A stretch of DNA of 64,000 nt from positions 19,716,001-19,780,000 of the forward strand of contig OY740797.1 in NCBI GenBank assembly GCA_963514005.1, in the 5' to 3' direction. The notes beneath the pieces were generated by a model. That model was given only the letters and a program-made list of their open reading frames with translations. It searched no databases and was not told the DNA's origin. Each line of letters starts with the position of its first letter. Positions within the stretch are counted from its first letter, which is position 1. Both the position numbers and the translations under genes were made by a program. This document shows positions 1 to 11,389 of the stretch, one piece after another. Origin of the DNA: Raja brachyura. Its lineage: Eukaryota.

Positions 1-270
1 ACATCTTAGAAAGCTATAACATGTGCTCAACCTGACTCATGAAGACATGCATGCCAAATATTTTCTTCAGCACCCTGTCTACCTGCATCACCATATTCAT
101 GGAACTATGTACCTCTAGGTCTTTCTGTTCTACAACACTCCGCAGGGCCTACCATTTATTGTATTAGCCCTGTCCAAGTTTGTCTTGCCAATGTAAAACA
201 TCTGCATTAAACTCCATGTGCCATTCCTCGGCCCATTGTCCCAGTTCATCAAGATTATTTTGTGATCTTA
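1..270 (-). mobile_element. CR1-clade LINE ORF2 fragment (degenerate)
   Basis: Minus-strand translation LDELGQWAEEWHMEFNA..VLH matches the CR1 RT C-terminal 'LD.L..WA..WQM.FN..KC.V.H' motif. Confidence 0.75.
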
Positions 271-577
271 GATGTGCTGATGAGACAGGACCCCTCACAA
301 CCAATGAACCATTGTCCTGTGACAATGCAGTCGCAAGTTCATGGGTACAGAAGCACCAGATTCTCTGATGTAGCGGTAGAGTATAGGCCAACCAGGTGAA
401 TATTCTTTTTCATATAAAGCAGTGTAATTGGTCTGAGATTTTGGATTCTAAGACTAAGAATGGTTGATAAATTCGAGTGGTGCTCAACATCTGGGTACAA
501 GATTATGCAAAGTGCCCTGTTGAGAAATTTGTGTTTGATCACTGGTTGAGGGTTTGACTAATCTTTACCCTATTCAC

Positions 578-868
578 ACAGTGGTGCAGCAATAAAGGTG
601 CTGGCTTAGTGCCAGAGACCCGGGTTGGATCCTGACTAGGGGTGCATGCCTGTCTGGAGTTTGTACGTTCTCCACGTGACACGTGGGTTTTCTCCGAGAT
701 CTTCGGTTTCATCCCACACTCAACGTACTGGTTTGTAGGTTAATTGGCTTGGTAAAATGTAAATTGTGCCTAGTGTGTGCAGAATAGTGTTAATGTACGG
801 TGATCGCTGGTGTGTGCGACTCAGTTGGCCGAAGGGCCTGTTTCAGCACTGCAAATCTAAACTAAACA
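578..868 (+). mobile_element. tRNA-derived V-SINE (HE1-like)
   Basis: tRNA-like head (cacagtggtgcagc...cccgggttggatcc), V-domain core tggagtttgtacgttctcc...gtgggttttctcc...cggtttcatcccacac, and a CR1-derived 3' tail ggccgaagggcctgtttc with (ctaaa) repeats. Confidence 0.8.
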
Positions 869-1059
869 AAATAAAATCTGGAGTCTTGGTCATATTGCGG
901 ATCATGGCGAGGACAATTGGGTTGCACCTTGGCTGAAATCAGCCCACACAGCTAACAGCTGATTTGTTAAACAGTATTTGTTAGATTGAAGGGATCAGAG
1001 GTGGGGGCAATGTCCTTGCACCATGGAACTTTACCATGGAAAGAATCAGTTGGTGAATA

Positions 1060-1625
1060 ATCTAAGCTGCACATGGACTCATTCCCTGACTAATGAAGGC
1101 CAACATACCAAAAGTCCTACTGACCACTCTATCTATCTGTGACACCACTTTCAAGGAACTATGTACTTGCAATACTCGATCCCTTTGCTCCACAACACTT
1201 CCCAGGGCCCTGCCTGTCACTGTGTAGGTCTTGTCCTGGTTTGACTTCCCATAATGCAACACCATGCGCTTATCTGCATTTAACATTAACAATTTCTCAG
1301 CCCATTTGCCTAACTGATCAAATCCTGCTGTAATTTTGGATAACTATCTGCACTATCTACTCATACCACCTACTTTAGTGTCACCTGCAAACTTATTAAC
1401 CATGCCTTGTACATTCTCATTCAAATCGTTGATACAAACCACAAATAACGATGGGCCCCAGCATCGATTCCTGAGGCATAACATTAGTCACGGGCCTCCA
1501 GTCTGTCAAAGAACCTTTCACCATCACCCTCTGCTTCCTTCCATGAAGCCAATTCTTTCCAGTAATTTGCCTACCACAGATATTTGGCTCGCTGATCTAT
1601 AGTTCCTAAGCTTTTCTTTGCAAAA
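1060..1625 (-). mobile_element. CR1 LINE RT fragment (degenerate)
   Basis: ORF 1062..1292 (ADKRMVLHYGKSN...VLQVHSSLKVVSQIDRVV..FGMLAFI) is CR1 ORF2-like; a VPQG/FADD-like region lies upstream. Confidence 0.75.
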
Positions 1626-2139
1626 ACATTCAGTATCTCCTCAACCATGAGGAGGAAGGGTCTGAAGAAGTGTCTTGACCCAAAACGTCACCCATTCCTT
1701 TTCTCCAGAGATGATGCCTGTCCCGCTGAGTTACTCCAGCATTTTGTGTATGCTCCACAAACACAATGCATACTGTCCTCTAGATTTCTATTACTGTTCC
1801 AAGTTCCTCGGTCTACAGCAAGGAATGTCTGGAGGCCTATGAGTAAGGGTGTGCTAGATGATTTGGGCTAGAATATAAAAGGTATTTTTGGTAAGTTTGC
1901 AGTTGATGTTAAGTCAGTGGTAAAGTAGATAATGAAGATAGTTATCAAATATTACAGCAGGATCTTGATCAGTTAGGCATGTGCAGATAAGTGTGAGGTA
2001 TTGCATGTCGGGGAAATAAATCCAGGAAGTTTCTGCAGCTCAGACATGTTTGATGTTGATCTGTGTATCTCAGCCCAGATGCTATTTCTTCTCTAAATTC
2101 CCACAGCTTAAATCCACCCATGGGTTTCATTAGCAAAAC

Positions 2140-3235
2140 CTGAGACAGACACAATGCTGCAGTATTTCAGTGGGACAGGCAGCATCTTTGGAGAAAACCG
2201 ATAGGTGACATTCTGATCCAGGACCCTTCTTCAGGCTGATTGTAGTGAGGGGGGATCTGGAAGCAAAAAAAGACCAGGACAGATCAATGCCAGCAACAGA
2301 CAACCCCAGACTGGGTGGTTCCTGGATAGGCAAATTGTTGTCTAGGGGTGATGCGATTCCAAGAGGGATACATAATTGTGAACTATGAGGTGCTGTTCCA
2401 CCAATTTGCATGTGGTCTTACTCTATCAATGGAGGAGGCCCAGGACAGAACCTGCCTCGATATTGGTTCCAACCAGTTCAGGTGCAACCATCCCTATTGC
2501 ACAGGTCACGTCTGCCTCAGAAGAGATCCACTGCTCCAAGAAACCTGAATCCAAAAATCTAATTTAAGTCATGTTTGAGAACAATCACTTTGAAAACCAT
2601 GCCTAGAAATAGACAGGTATCAATGGTGACAAATTGTGAAAGTAATCCATCAACGGGGAATCGCAACAATGCTGTTTGTACACTTGCACATGGCGTCAAT
2701 TCTAAATATAAACAAAGATACACAGCTATACCTTTAACTTGAAGAAAGTGAGAGGAGTCAAGACTAAAGTTGAAGACGTGTTCTGCCAGATGGAGGAAAG
2801 CGTTAGTTGAGGGGAACTGATTGGATCTCCATAAAAAGATTGGGAATGTCCTGAGACCTTCCTGGTGGGGAATGGAGATAGGTATAAGGGACATGGTGAA
2901 GATTGGACAATGGGGATCCAGGAACTGAAAGTTATTGTTGTGTTGAAGAGCGTGTAAGTTGCCTCTGATGTAGGCCGGAAGGGTCTGGCCAATTGGGAAC
3001 AATGGAGAATCAAGGCATTTGGAGATGAGTTTAGTGGAGAAGGAGCAGGCAGAAGCAATGAGTCTGCCTGAGCAGTCCTGCTTGTGCATTTTCGGGAGGA
3101 GATTGAAATAGCCAATGTAGAGTTTGGGAACAGCAAGGTTGGATGTTGTGGAGGGGAGATTCCTGGAGGTAATAAGAGGAGTGACAGTCTGGAAGATGAT
3201 GGCTTAGTGTTGCTCAGGCTACAATTGTACCTCCC
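2140..3235 (-). mobile_element. Penelope-like element remnant (RT and 3' part, rearranged)
   Basis: ORF 2559..3089 (HKQDCSGRLIASACS...SIPHQEGL...FNFSLDSSHFLQVKG) is homologous to the Penelope RT at 36533..37351. Confidence 0.75.
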
Positions 3236-4353
3236 TTGTTAGTGGGGTTGATGACAATATTGTGATTGTTACTGTGTGAACATAGGCTGCACATTCAGAG
3301 TGGGTGAGACTGTAGTGGGTAAGGGAAGTGGAGAAGTTAAGATGGTTGATGTTGCACTGGCAACATGAAAATAAAAAGGGCCGGAGAGGGTAGAAGGTGG
3401 CAGAGTGTCCAGGAGGAGGAAAGATGATGGAGATGGGAGTGGCGATCTGAAGAAGGGTCCAGACCTGAAATGTCCTCTGTCCATTTCCTCCACTAATTTG
3501 GATTGACGGCTGAGTCCCTCCAGCACTTTGTGCTTTGCTCTAAATATAAACACATTAAATATAAAAATAAATGCAGAATAGTTTTCAAGCAATGGCTTAC
3601 ATCTAACCCATGATTAATATGTATTTCCAATTCCCACACCAACTAACAACCAGACCTGACTGATGGGGTTTGCTCCAATTGTAAGTATATCCAAGGTGAC
3701 TGGAAACAAGGCACTGTTACACAGACTTTCTTTTCATACAAGGAACAAAGCTTGACATGAACTTCGAAACCAGGGCTCATCAATGTATCTTACAAACTTG
3801 TACTCTTCCCTTGCAATATATATGTTTCGCCTTCCATCACAGTGAGGAATGTGGGGGAGTCACTGTGGCAGATGTATTTTGTGTGTCTTGTTGCTTTTTA
3901 TTGATATGACTATGCCAAATCAAATTCCTCGTATGTTGCAAAACATACATGGCTAATAAAGTATGATTATAATATTTCAACATAGCCTGCCCCTTAAGTG
4001 CTTGACACAATTCTGTTTTGTGCGCAACTGTCCAACTGCGTACTAATTACTATTTTCTCACCATATTTAGTTTTTTTTTAAAAAACATTCCTACAGAATA
4101 ACCACAACTGTTCAACTTCACACTGCGACAGCTGCTTAACGTTAATGATTTGGAGTGCTTTCTTTGAAATTGAAAATAACGATTGGTAATTACTCGAAAA
4201 TGCAGAGTTGATATCAACAGGACAGCTTCCACTGTGCCACAATAATTCGAGATTATACTCAATTAAATTAAAATCTTTGCTAAAGAACATTTTTGAAAAA
4301 AAAATATTTGCATTACTAAGAACATGGCACCATACCGTTTCTGCACCTCACCT

Positions 4354-4379
4354 TTATTTCATCGAACTTCTATTAACAT
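4354..4379 (-). CDS. Gene A candidate terminal cytoplasmic exon (DVNRSSMK*)
   Basis: Strongest acceptor downstream of the TM exon (taatcgtcttgttttctttag|); phase 1 gives D-V-N-R-S-S-M-K-stop. Not independently confirmed. Confidence 0.35.
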
Positions 4380-4983
4380 CTAAAGAAAACAAGACGATTA
4401 ACGTTTGTGACAACAAAATGAATATTGTGTCTTTGAAGCTAATCAAATGTATTGGCTAAAGTAAGAACTCGTGAAGGCGACGTTATATTTGAAAGTTTAG
4501 CAATACCGGTTTTAGCAATCTTGTGTTAGTGTTTTAACTTAGCATAATCGGTAATATGTAATCGAACTTGACTTTGAATTAAATTATCAAATGGTGATAG
4601 CGTGGCAGCAGCTGTGTCACATTCCAAAATTACAATGAAAATTAAAAGTGTAGTAAGTTAGAGCAGTTTGCTCACAAACAAAATCAAGATCCATATCAAA
4701 TTGCTTAAGATTCAATATTTTTAAAGAATAAAATGCAATCGATCAATTCCCCGTGGTTGTGAAATAAAGACGAAGTCGATGAGCGAATAATTCGAATTTT
4801 TAAAAAAAATTATGTTCCACGACATTTCAACTGTCATAATGTTTTTGTTATGTGAGTTTCATACCTAATAATGACCTGCAATATTTCTTCTTCTGCACTC
4901 GACATGTATTAACTCTATGTTCCTGTTTTCTGAAATACTATTAGGATATTAAAGCAATTGGCAAAAATAAATAACGGTCTTAC

Positions 4984-5082
4984 CATTTGTTACGTTTAGT
5001 CTGCGTACTGTCAACATTATTATCGGGACTAAAATTGCCAATCCGCCCACTACACATCCGAGAACCAGTGCGAGATCATAGT
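4984..5082 (-). CDS. Gene A transmembrane exon
   Basis: ctgcttcccctgcag|...|gtaaga, 99 nt, phase 1-1; DYDLALVLGCVVGGLAILVPIIMLTVRRLNVTN is a hydrophobic helix followed by an RR stop-transfer. Confidence 0.85.
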
Positions 5083-5349
5083 CTGCAGGGGAAGCAGATA
5101 CATTTAAAACTGTAAAACATATACATTAAGACACTGGTGAGAAATTGGGAGTCAAGAGGGCAGAGCACTCCGCATGTGTCTTTTTATCCTTGGTGTACAA
5201 GCATTCCAATATATACCTAATGGAACGAATTGCATTAATTGCAAGTTAGCGGAGAAATATATATCGTCTGCTTTGATCTGTCATTTTCAGACCGGACATC
5301 CCTTTCTACACTTCCATATGTCGAGTTACCCTCTCCACTGACTCTCAGT

Positions 5350-5377
5350 CTGAAGAAGTGTCTTGACACGAAACGTC
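5350..5377 (+). ncRNA. Minimal hammerhead-ribozyme core within a Penelope-related short repeat
   Basis: CTGAAGA-A-GTGT-CTTG-ACAC-GAAAC-GTC. Stem II carries a compensatory change relative to GGGT-CTCG-ACCC in other copies. Stem I is only ~2 bp. Confidence 0.55.
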
Positions 5378-7073
5378 ACCCATTCCTTCTCTTCAGTGAT
5401 GCTGCTTGTCCCGCTGTTGCACCAGCATTTCATGTCCATTTTCGGTGTAAACCATCATTTGCAGTTCCTTCCAACACAGATGTATGGTAAACACGTAAAT
5501 CGTGTCACATAATGATCCAATGAGCTTCTTTTTGTGCATGAAGGTTACTTATAAAGTGTAAAGTGAGACATGGTTTTCTCTTAGCAGATTCCATGTTTTG
5601 GGACTGGCGTACAGCACCTGATTCTACAGCTTTTAAGGTGTAACAAAAGCAACTTACCTTTACCTTTGCAAGCCTTTAACGCGTTAAAATATTTCAAGAA
5701 ACTTTACAGGAAGGCCTTTCAACAAAATGTGCCTCCAAATCGCAGATTATGAGAAATTAGGAGAGTTATAGCACGGAAACGGGTCATTCCGCCAAACCCA
5801 TCCATGCCGAGCAAGTTGCCCAACCGAGCTAGTCCCAGCTGCCTGCCGTAGGAACTCAACTGCATTGCTGGAGGGAAATGACGTTTCGAGTAGTGACCCT
5901 TCTTCAGATACCCTCCGCAGATGCTACCTGGGATGCTAAGTATCTCCAGAACTTTGCAGATGCTGGAAACTTGTAAAAAGCAGTCTCGTTTGCCTCCTAC
6001 TTACCTGATCCTGGCACATATCTCTTCAAACCGTTCCTGTCCTTATGGAGGAGACATGGTACTTGGTAGAAATTGTAGAATTAAACTAACATTTAAGGGG
6101 AGGTTATAAGACAGAAGGGCATGGAGGGGCATAGTGTGGGTAGTTGGAGGGTTCATGGACGGTAAACGGATGAGAGTAATTACATTTGAATACAACTGGA
6201 CGAATATATTGACATTTCATGTTGGTAAACTTATAAGGACTAGAGGATAAGGTCAGATGACCTCTCCGGGCATTTTGCAAGATTGTGGTCGTTCCTCGAT
6301 TATAATCCTTTTTTTGCCCATTGTTTATACCTTTTGATTTTAAACAAAAAAGATCTGGGTAAAACTGACAAGGCCAGCACATACAGTATTCCCAATTCAT
6401 GCTTGCCCTTCACATTGTGGCAGTGAGCAGCCTTTGTGAATCACTGCAGTCCTCTCAGTGAAGATAATTCCACAGTGTTATTGGGTAGGGAGTTCCAGGA
6501 TCAAATTCAAGCGACGATGCGGACGATTTATTTACAAGTCATGATGGTGTGTGACTCGGAAGGGAGTTCTGCAGGAGATGGCGCGTTCCTATACACCTGT
6601 TGCCCTTGATCATCATTTTCGAAAACTCAATTGACCTCAGCTCTGAAATACAAGATTATGGATCTGCGATGTTCCGAGGTACGGAATTACAAAGATTCAC
6701 GCATCTCTGGGAAGTGAAATTTCGCCTTAATACAAAAGTTAAAAGCCGACTTCCTGTCTTAAAGAAAATATGTCTTGTTCAGAGCATTCTCCTTCCCCGT
6801 TCGTCATATTATGTCCCTTTGTAGTCGAGAGTTGAATGTTTGCTTGCTACACCACAGTTTGCTGTTTCACACACACGATATACATTAAACGTATAAATTA
6901 ATCTCACGCAGTTCGAATTGAGAAAATATAGCGCTAAATGATACATTAGGTTGCTTGCACATCGATATTCTACTGTGAATAAATAGGTTAACATTTACTA
7001 CTCCACGTACAGTATTCGGCATGATGTCATTTCTAAATCGGATCGGAGGTTCCCAGCTGTTTGCCAATCTTAC

Positions 7074-7365
7074 CTGGCTTGACCGTGTAGTCAACTCTGG
7101 CCGGGAGCGCAAGGGAGACATGTGACACTAGGCATGTGTAAATATCAACGCGCCAGGTAGGCTTCGTTACTTCGAGAAAACTGGAAACCACATACAACCC
7201 CCCCCACGCTACTGGTGTTAACAGTTTTTTCCCCGGTGAAAATTGTTACACCATTTCTTTGCCAGGATATTTCGACTTCCTTCGGAAAAAAGGCAGCCGT
7301 TTGACACACAAGGTTTGGCGGCGAACTGCCATTAACTTGGCTAATGCTCAGGGGAGTTGGCGGAG
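7074..7365 (-). CDS. Gene A Ig C1-set exon (one extra G)
   Basis: ttttcttctgttacag|...|gtaaga. Frame-corrected translation APPTPLSISQVNGSSPPNLVCQTAAFFPKEVEISWQRNG...GLYVVSSFL...YTCLVSHVSL carries the C1 hallmarks C-x4-FFP, W and YxCxVxH. Confidence 0.88.
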
Positions 7366-7456
7366 CTGTAACAGAAGAAAAAAAAAGTTATGTTGTATGT
7401 CTTCTTTCCATGTCAATGAATACTTTGTGGTACACCTTGTGAAGACAACGCAGTAT

Positions 7457-7905
7457 CAGACTGGATGGACTCGGCTTGTACTCGCTAGAATTTAGAAGAT
7501 TGAGGTGGGATCTTATAGAAACTTACAACATTCTTAAGGGGTTGGACAGGCTAGATGCAGGAAGATTGTTCCCGATGTTGGGGGAGTCCAGAACAAGGGG
7601 TCACAGTTTAAGGATAAGGGGGAAGTCTTTTAGGACCGAGATGAGAAAAACATTTTTCACACAGAGAGTGGTGAGTCGCTGGAATTCTCTGCCACAGAAG
7701 GTAGTTGAGGCCAGTTCATTGGTTATATTTAAGAGGGACTTAAATGTGGCCCTTGTGGCTAAGGGGATCAGGGGGTATGGATAGAAGGCAGGTGCGGGAT
7801 ACTGAGTTGGATGATCAGCCATGATCATATTGAAAGGGCGGTGCAGGCTCGAAGAGCCGAAAATGGACTACTCCTGCACCTATTTTCTATGTTTCTATGT
7901 TTCTA
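7457..7905 (+). mobile_element. Young 5'-truncated CR1 LINE 3' end in gene A intron 2
   Basis: ORF 7476..7784 (YSLEFRRLRWDLIETY...RTRGHSLRIRG...FFTQRVV..WNSLP), 3' UTR and (tttctatg) tail; absent from the homologous intron of gene B. Confidence 0.92.
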
Positions 7906-9093
7906 AGTCCACATGGGTTCTCGGTACGTTCACTTTTAAACTAATGGAGTTATCACTGATTTATAGTTCGTCTTACCATGGACAGTAAAATACATTCAAG
8001 GAACACATAGGAATGTGATGTTCGATATAAGTAATATGCGGATAATGCCCCATTGTTCTGAATGGAAGTGCCAGATTTAGCGCGCCGAAGAAGCTGGCAG
8101 CAATATTTAGTAATTACATCAGCAATGACTGTGTGTAATATGTTTGTTGCAAATAATGATACAGGCCCTTCACGTTGACTATTAAGCACCAAGTTAATTA
8201 ATCCCATTTTCCTGTCGCATCCATATCAACTGTCCTCATTCTTCCCCGCCACAATCAATTAGCAAGGGATAATTTACAGCTGGTTACCCTACCAACCAGC
8301 GAAAAGTTGGCAATGGGTACGTTAGCGTAGCAACGGAAAAATACACGAATTTGCGAGGAGATTGTTAAACTGCACACATACTAACGAATCCAGCCCTGTA
8401 TATATTCACATCTCGCCGATGTATATGGTCTAGGGTTAGGGTTTGGCTATATCTATCGATCTGAGGTTTGTCCCCATAATAGTTCAGAGACTGGGATTGA
8501 GAGTTCAGATTAAGTAACTTTCACAAGGAAAACCTTGTTCCAGGCCACGATATACGGTATGATTGCACACGGTATGATTGAGTTATACTGACAATTGGTT
8601 GATAATAACAAATAAAGGTGATAGAACGTGCAAGTGACTTCCAATGTCACAACACATTTCATCTATATCTACTGCCTTTTCTAAATTTGCTCGATATATT
8701 GAACACATTCCATCTAAGTAAGATTCTATTGAACCGAACTCCATATTTGTCATTTACGAACACTGATATTTCTCAGTTAAATCTACAGCCAGTGTTTAGC
8801 TGGAAGGACAGCCTCTTGCTAAGGTGTATTGGGAGTCTCGTACAAGCAATCTGTTGGACATCTGTTTAAATCTTCTTACATTCCGTTTTTGTACTAACAA
8901 GTTATTGAATAGGGATCATTATTGCCTTCGGAAGAGAGTTTTGTGTTCATTCTCAACCTCAGCGAGTGCACTACCAGCTAAAACTCAGAGTTTATCCATG
9001 ACACAAAAACAGATTATTTTATGTGTAATAAATATTCGTTGCGAAGTTCAGTGACAGCGCCGTTTTACTCGCAGGCATTTCAACCGAGGGTCG

Positions 9094-9155
9094 ATCAAAT
9101 AGAACAAGTTGTCCAACAACTTTAGGCTGTGCACGCCACACGAAAGAAGAAGACG
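9094..9155 (+). mobile_element. 5'-truncated copy of the HDV-ribozyme short retroposon family
   Basis: Shares the 3' part (caactttaggctgtgca.gcca.acg.aagaagaag) with 41083-41228; flanked by direct repeat CGAGGGTCG (9085-9093 / 9159-9167). Confidence 0.75.
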
Positions 9156-10030
9156 AATCGAGGGTCGTGTAAATGGAAACCACGATTTGCAAGGACAGGA
9201 GCACTGCTGTTTCCTCAAAATACCTGTACATTCTGTTCGTGCTTTACAGATATTTGGCGGTTAAATAAAAATGCTCGAATACACAAAAATGTAACTCAGC
9301 GGGACAGACAGCATCTCCAGAAAGAAGAATTGGGTGACGTTTAGGGTCGAGACACTTCTTCAGTCTGAATCGTCACTCTTTCCTTCTCGCCAGAGATGCT
9401 GCCTGTCCCGCCGAGTAACTCCAGCATTTTTTGTCTATCTTTATTACATCCAAATCATGAGAGTTCCCTTTATTTACCCTTTTCCTGACTAAGGATAAAA
9501 CTAATATATTTCGGGATAACAATTCGTTATAACAAATACTGGGTAGACAATTTGTAGCGGTTGCGTCAAAAAGGATAAGATTGTGTGTGGACTGTGGGTG
9601 GACACTGTTCTGGCGAGGTTGTAACCGTGAGGAAAAAGCCGCCATACTTCCCACAGTCCAGATTAAATATCCAAGTGGCTTGAACATCTTCCCTGAAAAA
9701 CAATGTAGTCACTGAACCATGGGAATGACGAAGAGTGAATCTGAATCGTGGGCGATAGCAGCGCGACTCTACAGGAGGACAACGGAAAAGGCTTTCTGGG
9801 AGCACGAAACGAGAACAACCCTCCCTCGCCACACACATGCTGCCCGATCAGCTGATTATTTCCAGGCATTTCAGTTTTCAAGTCGGCGGAGTGGTTTGAT
9901 TTCATAACAAAAAATCCATTATTAGTAATCACCCAGTTTTAACCTAGTGATAAAATGTAATGTTATTCGCATTAGAGAGCTTAATTTATACTACAGAGAG
10001 CTTAAGTTCTCTCCGTCATGGGATACTTAC

Positions 10031-10336
10031 CCATTACAGTGAGCCTGGAGCCAGGTCCATCTCCGATAGATTGCTGCTGATGTTTCACTTTACAATAATA
10101 AACCCCGGAGTCCGCGACTTTCGCATTCAGCAGAACAAAATCCGCACTGGCCTTTTTGGTATCAATTATTTTTCTGCTGTCTGGTTCTATAAATGTCTTC
10201 TCTCCCCATCTCCACCAATAAACATCAGGAGCAACTTGTTGTATTGAGAATGTGCAGAACATGGACGCATTGCTTCCTCTGTGGACGGTCAGGTCTTTCG
10301 GGAATTGGTCCACTTTGGTCGAAGTTACTTCGTTGG
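10031..10336 (-). CDS. Gene A Ig V-set exon with germline-fused J-like strand
   Basis: ttaatttctggcag|...|gtaagt, 306 nt, phase 1-1; VDQFP...MFC...VYWWR...DSGVYYC...GDGPGSRLTV. Confidence 0.92.
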
Positions 10337-10538
10337 CTGCCAGAAATTAAGGAAAAATACTGAAAACAGTTGCACAAACTGGACAAGGAAAATGAATCAA
10401 GAGTTGAAAATTACAAAAGTAAATTAGAATTAGCGACAAGCTGGAGAAGCACTGTGACTAAATTCGCAGTGGGTAACTAAATGGAGTATTCTAAAACAGA
10501 ATTAAATATGATCGACCGGCACATATATCTAAAAGTAC

Positions 10539-10593
10539 CTTGCCAAACTGTCACCAGAAGGGTCAGGTACCGAAATGATGCTTTCACTGTCAT
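10539..10593 (-). CDS. Gene A leader exon
   Basis: ATG at 10593; MTVKASFRYLTLLVTVWQ + G|gtactt, 55 nt, phase 1. Same length, position and donor as the gene B leader. Confidence 0.8.
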
Positions 10594-10599
10594 GTTTCA

Positions 10600-10740
10600 A
10601 GAAAGTTGTTGGCCGCTTGTTGCAAATGAGGGACGTTTCCTAAAAGATTCTTGCAAGAAAGAGTTGCTGGTGAATAAATATTTTCCGCTTGTGACCATGA
10701 CATAGGATGTCACATGACGGTGAAGTGGGTTTCAAATTTG
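10600..10740 (-). promoter_or_regulatory. Putative proximal promoter of gene A
   Basis: Block conserved with 35110-35220: tgcaaatgag (octamer-like, 7/8 match), E-box GTCACATGAC at 10709-10718, and agtgggtttca. Confidence 0.4.
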
Positions 10741-11389
10741 GTTCAGTGTTGGTGGAGTGCTAGTATGCGCGAGGGTCCGCCCCCACTGCCAAGTGAACAG
10801 TTTCTATCGGGGTACAATTCTCTCTCAGACTTCCCTGGGTCCATGTTCAAATTATTTACTGACCATTCAGAAGAGAATCGCAGATCGTCCTCCATCGACG
10901 CAAGGGACTTACAACCTAATATGAAAAAAAAAGTTACTGGGGGGAAGGAAGGAGAATGCGGTTGAGTGGGAAAGGTTAATCAGTCATGATTGAATGGCGG
11001 AGAAGACTCGATGGGCCGAATGGTTTATTTCGTCACCGCTCTTGGGGTTTGATGTCTTTCTAATCTCTCTTATGTTCCATATCCCAGGGCTTGAAGCCCA
11101 CTGGAAAAACAAAGAGGAGTAACTAACCCAGATATTTCTTTCTTTATCTCTTTCGCTTCAACACAAGCGTCGCACCTGATTTTAATTGGAATATAAAGCA
11201 AGCAAGGATTAACTCAAATGGATGATTAGAAGGACCAAAATGTGCCACGAGGCGCTTGAAGAAGGATTACATGCAATCCCTTTTTTTAAAAACACCTACA
11301 TTAAAACAAGAGGGTAACGAAGAGAGGGGAGGGTGTGTGGTGGGGTGGTGGGGTGGGGGGGGGGGGTGGGGGGGGGGGGGGGGGGTGGG

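Larger units (their letters stand above)
4354..10593 (-). pseudogene. Gene A: leader-VJ-C1-TM IgSF receptor with uncharged TM; frameshifted as assembled (could be a homopolymer error)
   Basis: Exons 10593-10539 (L), 10336-10031 (V), 7365-7074 (C1), 5082-4984 (TM) and candidate 4379-4354 (tail), all GT-AG with phase-1 junctions. The C1 exon is 292 nt versus 291 nt in paralog B because of an 8-G run, giving TGA at 7147-7145. Confidence 0.8.

Noticed and set aside
4078-4290. ORF with an ITIM-like SNYQSL as the tail of gene A
   Set aside because: No convincing in-phase splice path from the TM exon, and a single 6-residue match is expected by chance.
4865-4929. Possible cytoplasmic exon right after the gene A TM
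   Set aside because: It would need a ~54-nt intron, implausibly short for a vertebrate.
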